From: an uncultured bacterium
GTDB taxonomy: Bacteria; Krumholzibacteriota; Krumholzibacteriia; JACNKJ01
Assembly: GCA_963695095.1 (NCBI GenBank)
Contig: CAVOFT010000001.1
Span: 2,400,001 to 2,464,000 of the forward strand
Direction of reading: 5' to 3'
Length of the DNA stretch: 64,000 bases
Of the stretch, positions 9,558 to 19,614 are shown in pieces; positions within the stretch are counted from its first letter, which is position 1, and each line of letters opens with the position of its first letter. Below the pieces are notes generated by a model. That model worked only from the letters and a program-made list of their open reading frames with translations, had not been told where the DNA came from and ran no database searches. A program made the position numbers and the translations under genes.

Positions 9558-12422
9558 TCAGCGGTCCGCGTCAGCGCGCGCCAGGCCGCGCAGAATGGCT
9601 CCGGTATGACTGCGAGGACAGGACAGGATCTCGGCGGGCGGACCGGCGAAGAGCAACTCGCCGCCCTCGGGGCCGCCCTCGGGGCCGAGGTCGACGAGCC
9701 AGTCCGCCTCCCGGATGATGTCGGGGTTGTGCTCGATTATAATGACCGTGTGCCCCTTGTCAACCAGGCGCTGGAGGATGCCCATCAGCGTCGCCACGTC
9801 CTGGAAATGCAGGCCCGTGCTGGGCTCATCGAGGATGTAGACGGCGCGGCCGCGGGTGCGCTTGGCCAGCTCCTTGGCCAACTTCAGCCGCTGCGCCTCG
9901 CCGCCCGAGAGGCTCTGCGCACTCTGGCCCAGGCGCAGGTAGCCCAGTCCCACCTCGGCGAGCACGCCCAGGCCGCGGGCGAGGCTGGGGATCTCGCTGA
10001 AGTGCCGCTGCGCCTGGGCCACGGTCATCGCCAGCGCTTCGGCGATGCTGCGCCCGCGGTAGTGGATCTCCAGGGTTTCGCGGTTGAAGCGCCGGCCGCG
10101 GCAGACCTCGCAGGGCACGGCGGCCGGCGGCAGGAAGTGCAGGGCCACCTTGCGCTCGCCGTCGCCCTGGCAGTGCTCGCAGCGGCCGCCTCTCACGTTG
10201 AAGCTGAAGCGGCCCGGCCCGTAACCGCGCAGCCGGCTCTCGGGCAGGGCGGCATAGAGGCGCCGCACCTCGTTCCACAGGCCGGCGTAGGTGGCCGGGT
10301 TGCTGCGGGGCGAGCGGCCGATGGGCGCCTGGTCCACATTGACGACGTCCTCGACGAGCGCGGCTCCCCGCAGGGCGCGGCAGGGACCGGGCTCGCCCGC
10401 CGCTCGGCCCAGTCCGCGCGCGAGCTGGCGATAGAGCGTGTCGCGCACGAGGCTGCTCTTGCCGCTGCCCGACACTCCGGTCACGCAGGTGAGCCGGCCC
10501 AGCGGGATCGCGACGTCGATGGCCTTCAGGTTGTTGCGCGTGGCGCCCTCGATGCGCAGCCAGTCGGCGCCCGGCGGCCGCGCCGGGCGCCAGCTGCTCG
10601 CCGCGCGCAGGCTGCGCCCGGTGGGGCTCTCCGCATGGGCGCGGATCGCCGCCGGCGTGCCCTGGGCGACCACCCGCCCGCCGAGTTCGCCGGCGCCGGG
10701 GCCGAGATCGATCACCCAGTCCGCGCGCTCGATCGTCTCGCGATCGTGCTCGACGACGAGCACCGTATTGCCCCGATCGCGCAGCGTGATCAGCGTGTCG
10801 AGCAGGGCCTGCTGATCGCGCGGGTGCAGGCCGATCGAGGGCTCGTCGAGGATGTAGAGCACGCCGGTCATCGCGGCCCCCACCTGCTCGGCGAGGGCGA
10901 GGCGCTGCCGCTCGCCGCCGGAGAGGGTAGCCGCCGGCCGATCGAGGCTGAGATAGCCCAGGCCCACGCGGCCGAGGAAATCCAGGCGCAGCTGGATCTC
11001 GGGCAGGAGCTGGGCCGCGACGGCCTGGCGCGGGCCGTGGAAGCGCAGGTCGGCGAGGGTGACCGCCAGGCCCGAGATCGGCAGCGCCGACAGCTCGGCG
11101 ATGTTCCGCCCGCCGAGGGTGACGCGCAGGGCATCGGGCGAGAGCCGGCGGCCCGCGCAGGCGGGACAGGCTTCGTCCCCCATCAGGGCCTCGATGCCGC
11201 GGCGCAGGGCGGCGCTGTGGGTCTCCGCGTGGCGGCGCTCGAGGTAGGGGATCAAGCCGGGAAAGGTCTTGCGCACGCGCCCGCGCGGGCTCCGGAGCTG
11301 GATGTCCAGCTCGCCGCGCTGGCTGCCGCCGAGCAGCGTGGCGCGGGCCGCGGCCGGGATCTCCCGCCAGGGCGTCTGCAGCGTGAAGCCGAGCTGCGTG
11401 CCCAGGGCCTCGATCTGGGCGAGCAGCCAGGCGCCTCTCGCCCCGGCGAGAATGGGGATGGCCCCCGCCGCCAGACTGCGCGCGGGATCGGCGACGAGCA
11501 GCGTCTCGCGCACGCGGCGGTTCTTGCCCAGCCCCTGGCACTCCGGGCAGGCGCCGCGGCGGCTGTTGAAGGAGAAGAGGCTGGGCGAGACCTCGGGCAG
11601 GGCGCGCTGGCCGTCCTTGGCCAGGGCGAGATCCCACACCTCGACCTGGCTTGGGCGCTCGCGCCGGGCGCGACTCGCCCCGGCGGCGCGGCCGGCGGCC
11701 GGCACGTCGACGAGCGCGCGCAGGCGACCGCCGCCGAGGGCCAGCGTTCGCTCCAGGCTCGCAGCGAGACGCCGCCGGCTCTTCTCCCCCGTCACGAGTC
11801 GATCCACGACCGCCTCGACGCTGTTGCGCCGGCCCGGCTCCAGGCGCAGATCCTCATCCAGGTCGAGCAGCTCGCCGTTCACGCGCAGCTTGACCAGGCC
11901 CTCGCGCCGGAGCTGGTCGAGCAGGCGCTTCTGGACGCCCTTGCGCTCGTCGAGCACCGGCGCGAGCAGGCTGAGCTTCGTTCCCGCCGGCAGGCTCTCC
12001 AGCCGGACGCGGATCGCCTCGGCGTCCATCATGAAGCCGCCGCCGCCCAGCTCACCGACGCGAGCGAAGAGCAGGCGCAGGAAGTTGCCGATCTCGCTGA
12101 GCGTGCCCACGGTGGAGCGCGGTCCCGCGCTCGTGCTGTGCTGGTTCACCGCCACGGCAGGGCTGAGGCCGTCGACGAAATCGACGTCCGGCTTGCGCAG
12201 CTCGCCGAAGAGCTGTCTCGCCTGGCTCGACAGGCTCTCGACATAGCGGCGCCGGCCCTCGGCGAAGAGCGTGTCGAAGGCGAGGCTGCTCTTGCCCGAG
12301 CCGCTGGGTCCGGTCAGGACCGTGAGGCTGTAGCGCGGGATGTCGACGTCCACATCGCGCAGGTTGTTCTCGCGGGCCCCATGGACCCGGATCGGCGGGG
12401 CCGTGCGCGCGCCCTCGCTCAC
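9558..12422 (-). CDS. uvrA: Excinuclease ABC subunit A
   Basis: GARENNL, GPSGSGKSSLAFDTLFAEGRRRYVESLS, LSGGERQR, GVSGSGKSSL, PIGRSPRSNPATY, LSGGEAQR, DLGPEGG; GTG overlaps the upstream stop (GTGA). Confidence 0.95.
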   Translation of the reverse strand: MSEGARTAPPIRVHGARENNLRDVDVDIPRYSLTVLTGPSGSGKSSLAFDTLFAEGRRRYVESLSSQARQLFGELRKPDVDFVDGLSPAVAVNQHSTSAGPRSTVGTLSEIGNFLRLLFARVGELGGGGFMMDAEAIRVRLESLPAGTKLSLLAPVLDERKGVQKRLLDQLRREGLVKLRVNGELLDLDEDLRLEPGRRNSVEAVVDRLVTGEKSRRRLAASLERTLALGGGRLRALVDVPAAGRAAGASRARRERPSQVEVWDLALAKDGQRALPEVSPSLFSFNSRRGACPECQGLGKNRRVRETLLVADPARSLAAGAIPILAGARGAWLLAQIEALGTQLGFTLQTPWREIPAAARATLLGGSQRGELDIQLRSPRGRVRKTFPGLIPYLERRHAETHSAALRRGIEALMGDEACPACAGRRLSPDALRVTLGGRNIAELSALPISGLAVTLADLRFHGPRQAVAAQLLPEIQLRLDFLGRVGLGYLSLDRPAATLSGGERQRLALAEQVGAAMTGVLYILDEPSIGLHPRDQQALLDTLITLRDRGNTVLVVEHDRETIERADWVIDLGPGAGELGGRVVAQGTPAAIRAHAESPTGRSLRAASSWRPARPPGADWLRIEGATRNNLKAIDVAIPLGRLTCVTGVSGSGKSSLVRDTLYRQLARGLGRAAGEPGPCRALRGAALVEDVVNVDQAPIGRSPRSNPATYAGLWNEVRRLYAALPESRLRGYGPGRFSFNVRGGRCEHCQGDGERKVALHFLPPAAVPCEVCRGRRFNRETLEIHYRGRSIAEALAMTVAQAQRHFSEIPSLARGLGVLAEVGLGYLRLGQSAQSLSGGEAQRLKLAKELAKRTRGRAVYILDEPSTGLHFQDVATLMGILQRLVDKGHTVIIIEHNPDIIREADWLVDLGPEGGPEGGELLFAGPPAEILSCPRSHTGAILRGLARADADR

Positions 12423-15400
12423 GGCTCCTCCTCGCGCCGGTCCAGCCGCGCGAGCCCGGCGGCAGCGCTCTGGGCGATCTCGGGCGTGGCCCGCTTGGCC
12501 GACTGCACCTGGCCGTAGAGGCGGCGAGCCTCGGCGAGCGCTCCCGCCTGCTCGTGGAGGGCCGCCGCGCGCAGGAGGGCCGTCACTCCCCAGAGGCCCT
12601 GGGCGCCATAGCGCGTGCCCACGCGCAGGAAGGCGCCGACGGCGGCCTCCCGCTCGCCCAGCGTCTCCAGGCAGTCCCCCACCCAGAAGCCCAGGCGGGC
12701 CCGGCTCTCCGCATCGCCGAGCAGGAAGAGCTCGGCCTCGCGATAGGCGAGGATGGCGCCCTCGGCATCGCCCAGCTCCTGGAGCAGGCGGCCGCGCTTG
12801 AGCCTGGCTTCGGGCGCGCGCGGGTCCCCGGGCCAGCCCGCGAGAAAGCGCTCGACGCAGGCCAGGGCCTCCTCGACCCGTCCCGCCCGCTCGAGCGCCT
12901 GAGCGGCGTCCTGGAGCAGTTCGGGACCGGGCTCGGCGCTCAGGGCCAGGCACTGGCTGAACTGCGCGGCGGCGGCGGTCCAGTCGCCCTGCCCGGCCAG
13001 CCGCACGGCCACCTGCTCGGCGAGCCGCAGCGTGGTGGCGCTCGCCGCGCAGCAGAGCTGCAGCTCGGCGAGCGCGGACTGGGCGGTGCCCAGCTCGCCC
13101 CGTCGCAGCGCGAGCAGGGCGCCTTCGCCCTGCGCCTCGCCGGCAGCCGGCGTGCCCGGGTAGCTCTCGCGACAGCGGGCGAAGTGGCGCTCCGCGCCCG
13201 CGACGTCGCCGGCAACCAGCCGCTCGCGCCCGAAGGCGAGCCAGACGGCGGCCGCGGTGGCCGGCTCCAGCCCCTGGCCATCGGAGAGCGCAGCCCAGGC
13301 GCCGGCCGCCGCCTGCCCGCGACCGGCGAGCAGCAGGGCCTGGACGCTCTCCGCCTCGGCCTGCCGGCGCGCGTCGCCGAGCTCCACCGCGGCCAGCAGC
13401 GCCGCGTAGTGCGCGACGGCCGCTTCGCCTTGGCGCTCCGCCAGCAGCAGACGGCCGCGCAGCAAGCCGCCCTCCACTGCCCGGGCACCCGGGCCGGCCA
13501 GGCCGGCAAGCAGCGCGATGGCCTCCTCCTCCCGCCCGTCCGCGCCGGCCGCCGCGCCGAGCCGCCAGGCGGCCTCGCGGCGCAGGCGGGCGTCGCCGCC
13601 GGCCAGCACCTGCTCCAGCAGGGCGATCGATGCTGCGCGCTCGCCTTGGCGCTCGGCGCAGAGAGCCAGGCGATAGCGCCCGGCATCGGCCAGGGCGCCT
13701 TCTCCACCGGGCAGGCCGGCAAGCAGACGACGATAGCTGGCGGCGGCCTGGGCCCAGTCGCCCTGCCGGAACTGGCAGTCGCCCCGCCAGAGGAGGCCCA
13801 GCAGCCGCCGGCCGCTGGCCGGCGCCAGCTCGAGGAAGGCCTCGAAATGTCGCTGAGCCCGCCGGGGGTGGCGCGCAACGGATTCCAGGCGGCCCAGCTC
13901 GAAGTGCGCCTCCCCCGCCTCGGGGCTGCGGGGGGCTGCGGCCAGGAGCGTCGCGAGGCGCTGCCGGGCCTGGGCGGAATCCCCTGCCGCCAGCGCGAGG
14001 CGGCCCGCGCAGAGGCCGGCCCGCGCAGCCCAGGGCGAGTCGGCGGGGGCGAGGGCCAGGGCCCGCTCGGCGTCGGCGATCGCAAGCCCGGCCTCCGCCT
14101 GCTCGGGCCGCACTCGCCGCAGCTCTGCCCGCTCATAATAGTAGGGGGCGAGATCGGGGCCCGGCGGGCTCCCGGCGAGCAGGGCATCGAGCGCCGGCAG
14201 GCGATCGGCGCCGGCTGGCGTTTCCCCGAGGGCGATGAGCGCGAGCTCGGTTCGGGCCGCCTGCAGCGTTGTCGGATCCGCGGCGGCCATGGCCAGGCAG
14301 GCCTCGAGATCCCGCCTCGCCTGCTCGCGCCAGGGCCCGGCTGCCGTCCCCTGGGGCGCGACCAGCGCCAGGCGCTCCGCCTCCAGGCGGGCGGCCCGGC
14401 CGGCCGCCAGGAGGCACTCGGCTCGCTGCACGGCTGCCGGCTCCCGCGTGGCCAGCTCGCCGAAGTGCCGGGCCGCCGTCGGGAAATCCTTGAAGTCCTC
14501 GAGCAGCAGCGCGCCCACGCGCCAGGCCTGGGCGCGGCCGGCCTCCCCCGCCGCCTCGTCCTGCGCGCGCATGGCGGCCAGCAGGCGCGCAAGGGCTCCT
14601 TCTCGATCCGCGGGATAGTAGCGCTCGAGCAGCTCCTGGCGACGAGCGGCTTCCCCGGTGAAGGCGCTGCCGCCGTGCTCCGCGAGCAGGCGGCCATGGA
14701 GGGCAAGGGCGCGCGGACCGTCGCCGGCGCGCTCGGCCCCGCGGGCCAGCCGGGCCAGCGCCGCGGCAGCGGGATCCTCGTCACCGGCCTCCAGGGCAGC
14801 CTGTTCCCAGGCGCGCCGGGCCGCCTCCCCCTGCCCCAGCCGCGCCTCGGCATCGCCCAGGGACACGAGCAAGCGGGCGCGAGCGGTCGGTTCGCCGAGT
14901 CGCAGCAGCAGCTCCCGCGCCGCCGACTCCAGGGCGGCCGCAGTAGAATCGGCAGCAGCGCCCATCCGCCCGGCGAACAGAGCGAAGCGGCGCTCCAGAG
15001 CGCTCTGCCCAAGGCTACCCGTGGGATCCAGAGCTGCCGCCCGGCTCAGCGCCGCCAGAGCAGTGGCCTCGTCTCCGGCCGCCGTGGCCGCGGCCGCGAC
15101 GCGGAGCAGTCCCTCCGGGCTGGGGCCGCGGGCCTCCTGCTCGAGCCGGGCCACGGCCAGCGCTTCGGTCCCCTGGCCCGCCGCGAGGAGCAGGGCAATC
15201 TCCCGCGCGAACAGGGCTGGCCGCGCGGCATCGCGCCGGCGCAGGGCGGCCAGGTCGGCGGCGGCCGCCGCCGGGCGGCCGGCGGCCTCGTGTAGCTCGG
15301 CGCGCAGCGATAGCGCGCGGGCGGCGAGTTCGGCTTCCGGGAACTGGGCGAGCACCCAGGCCAGCTCGGCCAAGGCCCCGGCCTCGTCGCCGGCAACGTG

Positions 15401-16057
15401 GGACTGCCCGGCCAGGGCCAGGGCGGCAAAGCCCGCCAGGGGATGCCGGGGCTGGCGCCGGCGCAGCGCGATCAGATCCGCGCGCGCGGCGGCCGGGTCC
15501 CGGTCGGCGCGCAGCTGGGCTCGCTCGTAGAGGGCGCGGCCAGCCAGTTCGCCCGCCTCGCCGGCCGCCAGCAGCTGGTCGAGCAGGGTCAGGGCCAGCG
15601 CAGCCTCCCCCCGCCCGGCCGCGTTGCGGGCGCAGAGCAACAGCGCCTCGCCGCGGGCGGCGAAGTCCGGGTAGTCCAGGAGTAGGCGGCGCAACAGCGG
15701 CTCGCTCTCGGCGAGCAGGCCGGCCTCGGTGCCGGCGCTGGCCGCGCTGAGCAGGGCGGGCGCGGCGCGGGCATCGCCGGGGGCCAGCTCCGCAAAGGCA
15801 GCGAAGGCGGCCAGCGCCCCCGCCGGCCGGCCGAGCGCGAGGCAGGTTTCGCCCAGCAGATGAGCCACCTCGGCGCGCTCCGGATGCGCGGGCTGGGCGG
15901 CGAGCCAGGCCTCCATCTGGGCCGCCGCCGGCTCCGCGAGCCCAGTGGCCACGAGGCGGCGGAAGAAGTGCAGGTCCTCCGTCTCGCCGGCGGCCGGCCG
16001 GGGCAGGGGGCCGAGCAGCAGGGCCGCGAGGAGCAGGGCGCGCAGAGGGGCGGGCAT
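12419..16057 (-). CDS. Very large (~1210 aa) secreted tetratricopeptide-repeat protein (BamD/CpoB-like repeats)
   Basis: Signal peptide MPAPLRALLLAALLLGPLPRPAAG; many TPR-like helical pairs, e.g. AHFELGRLE, LLWRGDCQFRQGDWAQAAASYRRLL, RYRLALCAE, ARLKRGRLLQELGD, FWVGDCLETLG. Confidence 0.8.
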   Translation of the reverse strand: MPAPLRALLLAALLLGPLPRPAAGETEDLHFFRRLVATGLAEPAAAQMEAWLAAQPAHPERAEVAHLLGETCLALGRPAGALAAFAAFAELAPGDARAAPALLSAASAGTEAGLLAESEPLLRRLLLDYPDFAARGEALLLCARNAAGRGEAALALTLLDQLLAAGEAGELAGRALYERAQLRADRDPAAARADLIALRRRQPRHPLAGFAALALAGQSHVAGDEAGALAELAWVLAQFPEAELAARALSLRAELHEAAGRPAAAAADLAALRRRDAARPALFAREIALLLAAGQGTEALAVARLEQEARGPSPEGLLRVAAAATAAGDEATALAALSRAAALDPTGSLGQSALERRFALFAGRMGAAADSTAAALESAARELLLRLGEPTARARLLVSLGDAEARLGQGEAARRAWEQAALEAGDEDPAAAALARLARGAERAGDGPRALALHGRLLAEHGGSAFTGEAARRQELLERYYPADREGALARLLAAMRAQDEAAGEAGRAQAWRVGALLLEDFKDFPTAARHFGELATREPAAVQRAECLLAAGRAARLEAERLALVAPQGTAAGPWREQARRDLEACLAMAAADPTTLQAARTELALIALGETPAGADRLPALDALLAGSPPGPDLAPYYYERAELRRVRPEQAEAGLAIADAERALALAPADSPWAARAGLCAGRLALAAGDSAQARQRLATLLAAAPRSPEAGEAHFELGRLESVARHPRRAQRHFEAFLELAPASGRRLLGLLWRGDCQFRQGDWAQAAASYRRLLAGLPGGEGALADAGRYRLALCAERQGERAASIALLEQVLAGGDARLRREAAWRLGAAAGADGREEEAIALLAGLAGPGARAVEGGLLRGRLLLAERQGEAAVAHYAALLAAVELGDARRQAEAESVQALLLAGRGQAAAGAWAALSDGQGLEPATAAAVWLAFGRERLVAGDVAGAERHFARCRESYPGTPAAGEAQGEGALLALRRGELGTAQSALAELQLCCAASATTLRLAEQVAVRLAGQGDWTAAAAQFSQCLALSAEPGPELLQDAAQALERAGRVEEALACVERFLAGWPGDPRAPEARLKRGRLLQELGDAEGAILAYREAELFLLGDAESRARLGFWVGDCLETLGEREAAVGAFLRVGTRYGAQGLWGVTALLRAAALHEQAGALAEARRLYGQVQSAKRATPEIAQSAAAGLARLDRREEEP

Positions 16058-16065
16058 GGCGATTC

Positions 16066-17361
16066 CTAGGGGCTGATCCGGGTCATCATGCGCGGGAAGG
16101 GAATGCACTCCCGGATATGGCGGCGCCCGGCCAGCCAGGCCAGGGTGCGCTCGATGCCGATGCCGAAACCGCTGTGCGGGAAGCTGCCGTAACGGCGCAG
16201 GTCGAGATACCACTCGTAAGGCTCGCGCGGGAGTCCGTGTTCGGCGATGCGCCGCTCGAGAAAGGCGAGCTCGTCCGCGCGCTGGCCGCCGCCGACGATC
16301 TCGCCGTAACCCTCCGGGGCCAGGCAGTCCACCGAGAGCGAGTACTTGTCGTCCGTGGGATCGGGCGCCATGTAGAAGGCCTTGATGGCGCTGGGAAAGT
16401 GATGGACGAAGACCGGCCGGTCGTAGGCGTTCGAGATCAGCGTCTCGTCCTCGGCGCCGAAGTCGCCGCCCCAGGCGAAGTCCACCCCCTGCGCGCGCAG
16501 GAAGGCCACCGCCTCGTCGTAGTGCAGGCGCGGGAAAGGCGCGCGCACCCGTTCCAGGGCGGCGACGTCGCGCTCGAGCACCTCGCTGAGCAGCGCGCGG
16601 TGCGCCTCGAGCACGCGCTGCGCCACGTACTCGAGCAGGCGCTCGCTGACGTCCATCACGTCGGCGAGGTCGGCAAAGGCCATCTCCGGCTCCATCATCC
16701 AGAACTCGGTGAGGTGCCGGCGGGTCTTGCTCTTCTCGGCGCGGAAGGTGGGGCCGTAGCAGTAGACCTTGCCGAAGGCGGCGGCCGCCGCCTCCATGTA
16801 GAGCTGGCCGCTCTGGGTGAGGAAGGCCTTGTCGCCGTAGTAGTCCACGCTGAAGAGCGTCGAGGTGCCCTCCACGGAGCTGGGCGTGAAGATCGGCGCG
16901 TCCACGTGCAGGAAGCCGTCCGCCCGCATGAACTCGTGGATGGCGGCAATCAGCGTGCCGCGCACCGTGAGCAGGGCATGCTGCTGGCGGCTGCGCAGCC
17001 AGAGGTGGCGGCGCTCGAGCAGGAAGTCGACTCCGTGCTCCTTGGGCGAGATCGGGTAATCGATGCTGGGCGCCACGACCGCGTAGTCCGTCAACACCAG
17101 CTCGTAGCCGCCCGGCGCCCGCGCGTCGGCGCGCACGAGGCCCGTCACCGTGAGGCTGGTCTCCTGGGTCAGCGCTTCCACGGCCGCGAAGCGATCCGCC
17201 CCCAGCGACTCCGCCGAGGCCACGGCCTGGATGATGCCCGAGCCGTCCCGCACGAGCAGGAACTGCACCTTCTTGCTGCCGCGCTTGTTGTAGAGCCAGC
17301 CGGCGAGGGTCACCTCGCGGCCGGCGTGCTCGCCGATGGCGGCGATCCTCACCGATTGCAT
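16066..17361 (-). CDS. asnS: Asparagine--tRNA ligase
   Basis: GWLYNKR OB fold, RHLWLRS, FLTQSGQLYME, GPTFRAEKSKTRRHLTEFWMMEPE, EIVGGGQR, WYLDLRRYGSFPHSGFGIGIER. Confidence 0.96.
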   Translation of the reverse strand: MQSVRIAAIGEHAGREVTLAGWLYNKRGSKKVQFLLVRDGSGIIQAVASAESLGADRFAAVEALTQETSLTVTGLVRADARAPGGYELVLTDYAVVAPSIDYPISPKEHGVDFLLERRHLWLRSRQQHALLTVRGTLIAAIHEFMRADGFLHVDAPIFTPSSVEGTSTLFSVDYYGDKAFLTQSGQLYMEAAAAAFGKVYCYGPTFRAEKSKTRRHLTEFWMMEPEMAFADLADVMDVSERLLEYVAQRVLEAHRALLSEVLERDVAALERVRAPFPRLHYDEAVAFLRAQGVDFAWGGDFGAEDETLISNAYDRPVFVHHFPSAIKAFYMAPDPTDDKYSLSVDCLAPEGYGEIVGGGQRADELAFLERRIAEHGLPREPYEWYLDLRRYGSFPHSGFGIGIERTLAWLAGRRHIRECIPFPRMMTRISP

Positions 17362-17389
17362 GCGCGCTCCTTCCGGCGGAGGGCCGGTC

Positions 17390-18073
17390 TCAGGGCTCCA
17401 GCCGGCCAAAGTCCTCGTTGCGGGCGATCACGGACAGGCGATCCCCGGGCGCGAAGCGGAAGTCCCCGTCCGGGACGGGATAGACGCGGCGCTCGCTGCG
17501 CCCCTCCGCCAGGCTGATACGGCGGATGGCCAGCACGGCCAGGCCGTGCTGGCGGCGAAGCTGCAGCTCGCCGATCGTCTTGCCGACGAAGGCCGCGGGC
17601 ACTTCGATCTCACGCAGCGAGTGGCCCTCGGGCAGGTCCACGAACTCGATGACGTCGCCGCGCACGAGGTTCTGGGCCAGGCGCTGGCCCATCTCCTGCT
17701 CGGCGAAGATCACGCGGGTGGCCCCCACGCGTTCCAGGATGCGCCGGCGCATCGGCGTTTCGGTGCGCGTGATGATCTGCGGAATGCCCGCCTCGGCCGC
17801 CCAGGACGTGATCAGCACGTTCACCTCGAACAGCGAGCCCACGCCGATGACCAGCAGGTCGACGCGCGCGATGTCCAGTTCCTCGAGCGCGCCATCCTGG
17901 GTGGCGTCCACGCAGACCGCGAGGGCGACCTCGTCCTTGATCCGTTCCACGAAGCGCAGCTCGCGATCGACGGCCAGCACCTCGACGCCCAATTCGCTCA
18001 GCGTGCGCGCGACGGCCCGGCCGAACCGGCCGAGCCCGATGACGGCGGCGCGCTTGATCATTCGATCAGCCAT
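17390..18073 (-). CDS. ktrA: Ktr/Trk potassium uptake regulatory RCK subunit
   Basis: AVIGLGRFG Rossmann motif, EVLAVD, DAT, C-terminal RCK_C (FVGKTIGELQLRRQHGLAVLAIRR). Confidence 0.92.
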   Translation of the reverse strand: MADRMIKRAAVIGLGRFGRAVARTLSELGVEVLAVDRELRFVERIKDEVALAVCVDATQDGALEELDIARVDLLVIGVGSLFEVNVLITSWAAEAGIPQIITRTETPMRRRILERVGATRVIFAEQEMGQRLAQNLVRGDVIEFVDLPEGHSLREIEVPAAFVGKTIGELQLRRQHGLAVLAIRRISLAEGRSERRVYPVPDGDFRFAPGDRLSVIARNEDFGRLEP

Positions 18074-18117
18074 GGCGGGGTCCCTTCAGCCCGGCGCGCC
18101 GGGCAGATAGATCGGCC

Positions 18118-18145
18118 AGTCTAGCACAGGGTGGGGCCTTTGCAA
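18118..18145 (-). promoter_or_regulatory. Candidate sigma70 promoter for ktrA-asnS and downstream genes
   Basis: TTGCAA-16 nt-TAGACT with extended -10 TG. Confidence 0.5.
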
Positions 18146-18163
18146 CGGCGAAGGGGGCCCGGC

Positions 18164-19504
18164 TCAGCCCACCATCAGCGCCTCTTCGGGCAGCCGGTAG
18201 TGTCGCTCGCGCCAGCCGCCGGCGACGCCCAGGGCCACCGTGAGCAGGCCCACCCGGCCACAGAACATGACCAGCACGAGCAGTAGCTTCGCGGCCGCGC
18301 CGAGCTCGCCGGAGAGCCCTGTCGAGAGGCCGACGGTGCCGAAGGCCGAGACCACCTCGAAGGCGGCGACGGACACGGTGACCGGCTCGAGCAGCAGGAT
18401 GCCCAGGGTTCCGCCCAGGACGAGGACGAGGCCGGCGCTGAGAACGGCCAGCGCCTCGCGGAGGACGCCTTCGGGCACGCTGCGGCCGGCCAGGTCCACG
18501 CGGCTCCGGCCGCGGAAGTAGCCCCAGAGCAGCAGGACGACGAGAATCATCGTGGAGACCTTGACGCCGCCGCCCGTGGAGCCCGGCGCGGCGCCGACGA
18601 ACATGAGCAGGATGCTGGTGAAGGTCCCCGCGGGCGAAAGCGAACTCTGCGGAAAGACGTCGAAGCCGGCCGTGCGGCAGGTGACGGACTGGAAGAAGGC
18701 GACCAGGAGCCGTTCGCCCGACCCGCGCCCGGCCAGTGCGCCCGTTCGCTCCGTCCACAGGAAGAGCAGCGTGCCGCCCAGCCACAGCAGCAGCGAGCCC
18801 GCGATGACCACGCGGGCCTGTAGAGAGAAACGGCGGCCGCCGCCACGCAGGCGGCCGAGCAGCTCGAAGCTGAGCAGGAAGCCGATGCCCCCGACCATGA
18901 TCAGCGCCGCGATGACGAGCAGCGGCGCCGGCGCGCCGTGGAAGCGGGCAAGGCTGTCGGGATAGAGCGAGAAGCCCGCGTTGCAGAAGGCGCTGATGGC
19001 GTGGAAGACCGCGGCGAAGAGGCGGTGGTAGCCGGCGCCCAGCGCCGCGCCGCCCAGGAGATGCAGCAGCAGGGCCCCCACCGCCTCCACCGCCAGCGCG
19101 AAGCCGACGACGCCCAGCACCAGGCCGCGCAGTCCGCGAATGCCGCCCGTGCGCAAGTCCTCGCGGAGCGCAAAGCGCTGGCCCAGGCCCAGGTCGCGCC
19201 GGGCCATGAGGGCGAACAGGCTGGTCACGCTGAGGATGCCCAGCCCACCGGCCTGGAAGAGGAGCAGGATGACGGTCTTGCCCAGCGGCGTGAAGTGGCT
19301 GCCCGTGTCCACCACGGTGAGCCCCGTCACGCAGGCCGCGCTGGTAGCCGTGAAGAGGGCGTCCACGAGGCCGAGGCGAGGACCGTGGGAACAGGCGGGC
19401 AGCGCCAGCAGCAGGGCGCCGGTGAGAATGAGCAGGCAGAAGCCGAGCCCGATGAGGGCCGCGGGGGGTAGGCGACGGCGCGCTGGGAAGATGAAGGAGC
19501 TCAC
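18164..19504 (-). CDS. ktrB: Ktr/TrkH potassium uptake membrane subunit
   Basis: Four P-loops: TATSAACVTGL, HAISAFCNAGF, QSVTCRTAGF, EVVSAFGTVGLSTG; also GAAPGSTGGGVK and MFCGRVG. Confidence 0.93.
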   Translation of the reverse strand: MSSFIFPARRRLPPAALIGLGFCLLILTGALLLALPACSHGPRLGLVDALFTATSAACVTGLTVVDTGSHFTPLGKTVILLLFQAGGLGILSVTSLFALMARRDLGLGQRFALREDLRTGGIRGLRGLVLGVVGFALAVEAVGALLLHLLGGAALGAGYHRLFAAVFHAISAFCNAGFSLYPDSLARFHGAPAPLLVIAALIMVGGIGFLLSFELLGRLRGGGRRFSLQARVVIAGSLLLWLGGTLLFLWTERTGALAGRGSGERLLVAFFQSVTCRTAGFDVFPQSSLSPAGTFTSILLMFVGAAPGSTGGGVKVSTMILVVLLLWGYFRGRSRVDLAGRSVPEGVLREALAVLSAGLVLVLGGTLGILLLEPVTVSVAAFEVVSAFGTVGLSTGLSGELGAAAKLLLVLVMFCGRVGLLTVALGVAGGWRERHYRLPEEALMVG

Positions 19505-19561
19505 GAGCCCGGCATGATAGGAGGCAAGTGCGGTGGCTTGTCAAGCGCCGCTCCCCGCAAT

Positions 19562-19591
19562 GAAACGGGGAGGGGGCAGGCCCCCTCCCCT
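19562..19591 (-). terminator. Intrinsic terminator downstream of the histone H1-like gene
   Basis: GGGGAGGGGG/CCCCCTCCCC stem followed on the minus strand by GTTTCATT. Confidence 0.7.
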
Positions 19592-19614
19592 TCAGATGCG
19601 GAGCTGTCGGCCAG

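Noticed and set aside
19514..19544. TTGACA...TATCAT promoter giving a near-leaderless ktrB
   Set aside because: The spacer is 19 nt; plausible but not well enough supported to call
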